From assembly GCA_963664225.1 (NCBI GenBank), contig OY760937.1:5568001-5632000 (forward strand): 64,000 nt of DNA, written 5' to 3'. The notes under the pieces were generated by a model. The model was not told the DNA's origin and did no database searches. It saw nothing but the letters and a program-made list of their open reading frames with translations. The position numbers and the translations under genes were made by a program. The DNA comes from Verrucomicrobiia bacterium. Its GTDB lineage: Bacteria > Verrucomicrobiota > Verrucomicrobiia > Limisphaerales > UBA1319. Below are positions 58,367 through 64,000 of the stretch, piece by piece; the stretch's first letter is position 1; each line of letters begins with the position of its first letter.

Positions 58367-60160
58367 TCAAGCGGAATGCACTTCCAATGATTCCGGTTCG
58401 ACCCATTTACCGTGATCGCGAATCAAATCAACCAATAGATCGACAGCCTCGGTTTCCGGAATGTTGAATTTGACCGGTTTTTTGCCGACGTAGAGGTTGA
58501 TTTTTCCCGGGGCTCCGCCGACGTAGCCAAAGTCCGCATCGGCCATTTCGCCGGGACCATTGACAATGCAACCCATGATCGCAATTTTCACGCCTTTGAG
58601 ATGCTCGGTGCGTTTCTTGATGCGCGCCGTAACCGTTTGCAGATGGAACAATGTTCGTCCACACGATGGGCAGGCGACATAGTCGGTTTTAAAGGAGCGA
58701 CAGCCCGCGGACTGGAGAATGTTAAAAGCCAGTTTAAGAGTTCCTGGCGCGGACGATTCATTACGGACGAGAATGGCGTCCCCGATGCCGTCAGCCAGCA
58801 AAGAGCCGATGACCGCTCCTGATCGCAATTGAGCGATATTGGAAGGCAGCGGATCCGCTGATGACGGAACGGTGAGGCAATCCTTAAGCAGAATAGGATT
58901 CTGCATTCCCTGTTGGTCCAGACGATGCGCCAGCAAGCGGAAGGCCGCAATGGTCGGAAGCGGGGCATTGTCTTTTACCGTAACCAACTGGGTGGAACAT
59001 GGAACCGTGAAATCAAGGGTGGGATCAATCTCGCAGAGATTCAAATCCTCGTAAACCGCTTCAGGCCGGACATCATCCCTTGGATGGATTTTGGGCGAGA
59101 CAAGGTCGAACACCGGGCAGGTGACGACGACACGCATGGTTTGCTCACCACCGCAATGGACGCCTGGCGCCAATTCGATTTCCGGAGTCTGGCGACGTTG
59201 AAAAACAAAGGGATCGAAAGGCGGTTTGATCTGGTTTTTGAATGAAGGCGATGCACTGGCCAAAACCGGAACTTGGGCGAGAAGATCCCGACAAACGGGA
59301 ATTTCGTAGGGGGAATCCTCAGTAAGCGAGACGCGAATCGTGTCGCCCAGACCATCCGCGAGCAGGGAGCCTATGCCAATGGCGCTCTTGATGCGGCCAT
59401 CCTCGCCTTCACCCGCCTCGGTCACTCCCAGATGCAGAGGATAATTCCAGTCCGGCCCCAATTCGGTCAGCCGCGCGGCGAGCAGGCGATAACTTTCGAT
59501 CATCACCTTGGGGCTGCTGGCTTTCATTGAGAAGACCAGCGCGTGGAAATTGTGACGGCGGGCGATACGGGCGAATTCGAGCGCGCTTTCCACCATGCCA
59601 GCGGGGGTGTCGCCGTAGCGGTTCATGATGCGGTCACTCAAAGAACCGTGATTGGTGCCGATTCGCAATACGCGACCGAGTTCCTTGCAAAGCTTCACCA
59701 AAGGTGAAAAGACCTCCTCGATTCTTGCCAATTCCTCGGCGTATTGAGTGTCGTTGTATTCCTTGACGGCGAATTTCTTGGAGTCGGCGAAATTTCCAGG
59801 ATTGATGCGGACTTTTTCCACCCATCGGGCGGCTTCCAAAGCGGCTTCCGGTTTGAAGTGAATATCGGCGACAATGGGCACCAGGCAGTTCTGGCTGCGG
59901 AGCTCAGCGACGATGTTCTGCAGGTTGGCGGCGTCCTTGATCGTGGGAGCGGTGATGCGCACAATCTGGCAGCCGACCTTTACGAGGGCCAGCGTCTCGC
60001 GCACGCACTCGGCCGTGTCCATGGTGTCGCAAGTGATCATGGACTGGACGACGATCGGATGATGGCCGCCCATGATGACACCGCCGTGAGCGGGGTCGCC
60101 GACGACCACTTCCCGGGTCTGGCGTCGATGGTAGGAATATGGAGAGTCGCAATAGGTCAT
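58367..60160 (-). CDS. ispG: HMBPP synthase, long three-domain type
   Basis: QSM, VADIHF, RINPGN, RIGTNHGS, HLGVTEAG, GDTIRVSL, CPSCGR, MGCIVNGPGE. Confidence 0.98.
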   Translation of the reverse strand: MTYCDSPYSYHRRQTREVVVGDPAHGGVIMGGHHPIVVQSMITCDTMDTAECVRETLALVKVGCQIVRITAPTIKDAANLQNIVAELRSQNCLVPIVADIHFKPEAALEAARWVEKVRINPGNFADSKKFAVKEYNDTQYAEELARIEEVFSPLVKLCKELGRVLRIGTNHGSLSDRIMNRYGDTPAGMVESALEFARIARRHNFHALVFSMKASSPKVMIESYRLLAARLTELGPDWNYPLHLGVTEAGEGEDGRIKSAIGIGSLLADGLGDTIRVSLTEDSPYEIPVCRDLLAQVPVLASASPSFKNQIKPPFDPFVFQRRQTPEIELAPGVHCGGEQTMRVVVTCPVFDLVSPKIHPRDDVRPEAVYEDLNLCEIDPTLDFTVPCSTQLVTVKDNAPLPTIAAFRLLAHRLDQQGMQNPILLKDCLTVPSSADPLPSNIAQLRSGAVIGSLLADGIGDAILVRNESSAPGTLKLAFNILQSAGCRSFKTDYVACPSCGRTLFHLQTVTARIKKRTEHLKGVKIAIMGCIVNGPGEMADADFGYVGGAPGKINLYVGKKPVKFNIPETEAVDLLVDLIRDHGKWVEPESLEVHSA

Positions 60161-61566
60161 GGTTTACTGGGGGCTGTGGCTGGCGTAGCTGATGTGGACG
60201 GTGAATCCACCTGTTCGATCTGCGAAGGCTGCTTGAACATGGAACGGAAAAGAGACCAACGCTTGAGATCGAAGAAAGTGACGTAAAGCATGAAGGAGAT
60301 CAGCAACGCCGCAAATCCCGTGGTGGTGTATTCAACGATCTTCTGGCTCATGGGACGGCGGCGGATGCGCTCGATAATGGCCATCAGGATGTGGCCGCCA
60401 TCCAGAACGGGCAGGGGAAGCAGATTGAGAATGCCCAGGTTGATGTTGAGCAGCACGAGAAACTTCAAGGCGAGCCGATAATCCGTGTTTACCTGGACTG
60501 CGAGCATGGTGAGAATGCCCACCGGACCGCTTAAATCCTTTGCGCCCACACCGGTTTGTTTGGAATGAATGAGCGCGCTGAAAGTATCGACGGTCTGGTT
60601 CCAGACGTCGGAGATTTGGTCCCAAGGCAGGGGTCCCGGGCGTTGAACCTGATAGACATTGGCAGAGCGGTTTCCCAGGCTTACGCCGATGCGGCCCACC
60701 TTGGTGGAGGGGTCTTCCTTCGGGGTGATGGAGAGGGCAAGCTTCTCAGTGCCACGCTCGATGCGAATCTCGCTGGTTTTGCCGCCTCGCTTTTGAATCA
60801 AGCCGATCAGTTGCTCCCTGCTGGCGACAGGAATGCCATCGAAAGCCAGGATGACATCCTTGGATTTTAATTGGGCTTTTTCAGCCGCGCCGTCCGCCAT
60901 GACCTCAATGATTTCTGGGTGATCCCGGGGTTCGAGATTCAGCATTTTCCATTCAAGGGTCGGATGCACGTTGGCCTTGAGTTGGTAGGTTTTGCGAACA
61001 CCGTTGCGCTCGAGGACCACCGGCAAAACATTAGTGCGGGCAAGAATGGTGGTCATCTGGACATCCTGCCAGGATTTGACCGTCTTTCCATCCACCTCCA
61101 CAACCATGTCGCCTTCACGTATGCCAAGAGAGGCTTCGGCGGAGGCGGGATCGACATATCCGATGATCGAGGGGTTGACCAAAACAGGCAGGCCGACCAG
61201 GTAGATGACGCAGGCGATGACGAAAGCAAAAACAAAATTCATGAAGGGTCCGGCAAAGGCCACCAGCATCTTGGACACGGGAGGAGCGGGGGGCACGTCG
61301 GAAGCGACTTCGCCCTCAATGGCATCCGAGGTTTGCATCTGCGGCAACTTCACAAAGCCGCCGGCCGGAATCCATCGAAAGGAGTATTCGATGCCATCGC
61401 GAGTCCATGAGAAGATTTTGGGGCCAAAACCAATGGCAAAAGCCTCGACTTTCAAGCCGCGGCGGCGGGCCACCCAATAGTGCCCAAATTCATGCACAAA
61501 TACTGCGGCGCCAAACAGAAGAACGACCGCCGCCGCAACATAAACAATATTAAATATGAACGTCAT
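60157..61566 (-). CDS. rseP: RIP metalloprotease with two PDZ domains
   Basis: HEFGH, AGPFMN, SGPVGI, NLLPLPVLDGG. Confidence 0.96.
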   Translation of the reverse strand: MTFIFNIVYVAAAVVLLFGAAVFVHEFGHYWVARRRGLKVEAFAIGFGPKIFSWTRDGIEYSFRWIPAGGFVKLPQMQTSDAIEGEVASDVPPAPPVSKMLVAFAGPFMNFVFAFVIACVIYLVGLPVLVNPSIIGYVDPASAEASLGIREGDMVVEVDGKTVKSWQDVQMTTILARTNVLPVVLERNGVRKTYQLKANVHPTLEWKMLNLEPRDHPEIIEVMADGAAEKAQLKSKDVILAFDGIPVASREQLIGLIQKRGGKTSEIRIERGTEKLALSITPKEDPSTKVGRIGVSLGNRSANVYQVQRPGPLPWDQISDVWNQTVDTFSALIHSKQTGVGAKDLSGPVGILTMLAVQVNTDYRLALKFLVLLNINLGILNLLPLPVLDGGHILMAIIERIRRRPMSQKIVEYTTTGFAALLISFMLYVTFFDLKRWSLFRSMFKQPSQIEQVDSPSTSATPATAPSKP

Positions 61567-61677
61567 TTGTATAAATCATCGTCCGCATCGCTGCGGAGCA
61601 GTGAACGTCCCGAATATAACGGGAAATCTTCGGCTGGCAACTCGGTAACGCCCCCGCCTTTTTACGAAAGCGGCTCT

Positions 61678-62334
61678 TCAAGCAGCATGACGGCTTCGCA
61701 GAAGGGTCTCCACAACCCCCCAGGCCTGGGTCTGAACTTGTTCGATGGATTGCGTGGCATCGATGCGTTTGATGCGGGAGGGTTCCTGCAGCGCGATGGC
61801 GTTGTAGCCATTCTCCACCTTGGCAAAGAATTCGCGGCCTGCCTCTTCGAATCGGTCGCGCTCCGCAGGCAAACCGGTCTGCCGGGATTGACGCCGCTGC
61901 TCGCTGATGGCGATCGGCACCATGAAAAGGAGGGTCAAGTCGGGTTGAGTGCTTCCGACGGCAAATTGGGTGATTTGACGGATCGTTTCCAAATCCAAAC
62001 CCCGCCCATAGCCCTGATAAACGGTGGTGCTGTCAAAAAAACGATCGCAAAGTACGGTTGTACCCGCCTCTAAGGCGGGTTGGATGACTTCCCGGACCAA
62101 TTGGGCGCGGCTGGCGCTCATCAGAAGCAGCTCGGTTTCAGGGGTCATGTCCCGGCTTTTTGCGCTGTGCTTCAGAATGTGGCGGAGTTCTTCGCCAATC
62201 GGCGTGCCCCCCGGCTCGCGGAGGAGTTTGACGGGATGACCCAGTGATTGCAACCGGCTGGCCAGGAGGGATATTTGCGTGCTTTTGCCACTGCCCTCCG
62301 TGCCTTCAAAGGTAATGAACACACCCGGATTCAT
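61678..62334 (-). CDS. tmk: Thymidylate kinase
   Basis: FEGTEGSGKSTQ, REPGGT, CDRF, YQGYGRG, DRFE. Confidence 0.97.
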   Translation of the reverse strand: MNPGVFITFEGTEGSGKSTQISLLASRLQSLGHPVKLLREPGGTPIGEELRHILKHSAKSRDMTPETELLLMSASRAQLVREVIQPALEAGTTVLCDRFFDSTTVYQGYGRGLDLETIRQITQFAVGSTQPDLTLLFMVPIAISEQRRQSRQTGLPAERDRFEEAGREFFAKVENGYNAIALQEPSRIKRIDATQSIEQVQTQAWGVVETLLRSRHAA

Positions 62335-63320
62335 TGCGCGGGTGGCAGGGGTGGCATATCGGCGTTTGTGGTGGCGGGCGTTTCAAAATTGCCAATGGGA
62401 GGCGGGAGAGTCGGAGCCGGTTGAACAACGACCCGTCTTTGCTTGATGAAATCCGAGGTCAGATAGGCGACGAGGGATTCGATTTGCTCTTGTGATAGGA
62501 CGCCTCCTTCGCTGTAGGCGAATGCTGGCATCAGGGTTCCAGGTTTGCCCCGGGTAATCCAGGAACGCCAATAATCCCGGTCTTTGGTTTTTTCGACCGC
62601 CGCCAAATCCGGCACCATGGTCGCCCGGTGGAGGGATTCATGACAGATGGCGCATGCGGTGCGGAAGAGCGGTTCTCCGCGTTTGCCAGCGGTGGGTTGG
62701 ACATGGCAGCGAACGCAGTCGCCCTTGAAAACGGCCTGGCGATCAGCCATGGAAGTCATCAGGTTGCGCGTGCGCATGTCGGCGACGTTGGTGGTTGGAA
62801 GTTCTGGAATGATGACTGCAAAAGTCAGCATTTTCATTCCAGCGGAGGTATCCACCGACAGATATTTGTTTAAGGTGCCGCGTTTTCCACGGAGATCGAT
62901 GGTTGCCTCGAGTTTGCCTGATTCATTTGGGGCCAGCACCCAGGGCGATTTTGGCAGTTTTGCCACAGTACACCCACAAGATGGCCTGACGGCTTTGATA
63001 ATGACTTCCGCGGACGAAATATTCGTGACGCTGTAAACCACGGTTGCCTCTGTGGCGCCCGATGTGACATCGATCTCTTTTCTCATGGCATCCCATGCCA
63101 ACGGTTCCGGACCGGCTGGTTGTGGATTCAGGGGATCTTTAACCCGGGCCGGTTGAGACGGATTGGAGAAAACCACATGAGGGGTGATGATCGTCACCGG
63201 CGGATTGGTGAGGGGTGACTGGGCCTGCGTAAATATCGGAATGCAAAGAATAACCCAAAGAGCCAGCAACTGCTTTTTGCGTCTATACGGACGCCTTAGC
63301 ACCAAAATGTTCACAAACAT
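62331..63320 (-). CDS. DUF1573-like Ig domain plus di-heme cytochrome c protein
   Basis: PSCGCT Ig-like motif, CVRCH and CAICH heme motifs, GKPGTLMPAF axial Met. Start approximate. Confidence 0.8.
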   Translation of the reverse strand: MFVNILVLRRPYRRKKQLLALWVILCIPIFTQAQSPLTNPPVTIITPHVVFSNPSQPARVKDPLNPQPAGPEPLAWDAMRKEIDVTSGATEATVVYSVTNISSAEVIIKAVRPSCGCTVAKLPKSPWVLAPNESGKLEATIDLRGKRGTLNKYLSVDTSAGMKMLTFAVIIPELPTTNVADMRTRNLMTSMADRQAVFKGDCVRCHVQPTAGKRGEPLFRTACAICHESLHRATMVPDLAAVEKTKDRDYWRSWITRGKPGTLMPAFAYSEGGVLSQEQIESLVAYLTSDFIKQRRVVVQPAPTLPPPIGNFETPATTNADMPPLPPAQ

Positions 63321-63370
63321 AGCCTTAACCGTTTCAATCTGACACCGCATAAGCATTCGGTCCAGTTGTG

Positions 63371-63778
63371 CTAAGTATTTGAAGTGCCAAGCAACCGCGC
63401 CCAAAATGAATGGGATTGGTTTTGACGTTGCTGGACTTTGAGCTGGCCCAATATGGATTGCCAACTGATGAATAGTTTGTGCCATTGGTTTTCCAGACCG
63501 CGTTGGGAGGACTCGGCCATTTCACTGACAAAGCGGATGGATGGGGCGCTGCTGAGCAGGTTGTGCATGTCATCCTTACCGGGCGCGCCGCTTTCAATGG
63601 AGGCCAGGATCAGCTCCAACTCCTGGGCGATGACGCTTTTGACATCCAGAAACTGGGTTTCGTCCTCGGGGGTGAACGTCTTACTCCTGGCCATGTTGAG
63701 GTATTTGTTAAACTGTTTCCAGCACTCCAAAAAATTTTCCACTTGCAGGATAAGCTGGTTGATATTCTTGATGCTCAT
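63371..63778 (-). CDS. Hypothetical helical protein
   Basis: 135-aa ORF, translationally coupled (ATGA) to the upstream ORF. Confidence 0.75.
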   Translation of the reverse strand: MSIKNINQLILQVENFLECWKQFNKYLNMARSKTFTPEDETQFLDVKSVIAQELELILASIESGAPGKDDMHNLLSSAPSIRFVSEMAESSQRGLENQWHKLFISWQSILGQLKVQQRQNQSHSFWARLLGTSNT

Positions 63779-63999
63779 ATTTGGGAGTTTTCCTTTAATG
63801 GCTCGGTCTGGACCGGTTGGGATGGGGCCAGAAAGACAATCGCCCCCCCTCGAAGCTCTCTGGCGGTTATTTTCACGGCAGGATAAGTGATTTGAATTTC
63901 GTTAAAAATGAGCTGCGCCTGGTGCGCGCTTTGAAAGGCGACCAAAACAGACTGGCCAATTTGCCTGATCATTTCGGGTGAAAAGGCCTGCGGCAGGGT
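63775..63999 (-). CDS. Hypothetical protein, 5' partial
   Basis: The frame is open to the window edge (TLPQAFSPEMIRQIG...ARELRGGAIVFLAP). Its stop overlaps the next ATG. Confidence 0.6.
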   Translation of the reverse strand, partial: TLPQAFSPEMIRQIGQSVLVAFQSAHQAQLIFNEIQITYPAVKITARELRGGAIVFLAPSQPVQTEPLKENSQI

Positions 64000-64000
64000 T

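Noticed and set aside
58367..60160. Unusually long IspG
   Set aside because: The three-domain form is already known from plants, chlamydiae and several bacterial phyla.

Overview
This is a mostly housekeeping chromosomal region from a GC-rich bacterium. Gene content and protein style suggest the PVC superphylum, probably Verrucomicrobiota (inference). From left to right it holds ftsH, tRNA-Arg(CCG), a complex I-like operon (nuoA-B-C-D-I-H-J-K-L-M-M-N, no nuoEFG, two NuoM), tRNA-Lys(UUU), a strongly structured ~340-nt intergenic region, nadC-birA-coaX, a TetR + RND efflux cassette, priA, an Mla/Mce-type ABC locus with a degenerate ATPase, maf, gltA, an SGNH esterase, xylA, nfo, a ferredoxin + 2-oxoacid dehydrogenase E1a/E1b/E2 cluster, a Tat oxidoreductase + HEAT protein pair, hemX-like/hemA/hemC, ispG, rseP, tmk and a di-heme cytochrome. 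The most unusual signals involve group II introns. (i) Intron 1 (36130-38096, -) appears to start with a non-canonical GAAAGCG and splits a short periodic intergenic repeat. (ii) A 65-nt relic of the same 5' end sits at the edge of the RND cassette, next to half of a similar repeat. (iii) Intron 2 (43119-45093, +) has EBS1/EBS2 exactly complementary to the end of a ~167-bp palindrome and inserted inside the stop codon of the E2 gene. Other highlights are the 2M complex I (26-aa NuoL helix extension, relocated lysine in NuoM2) and the candidate ncRNA upstream of nadC. All calls were made by eye, without database searches.
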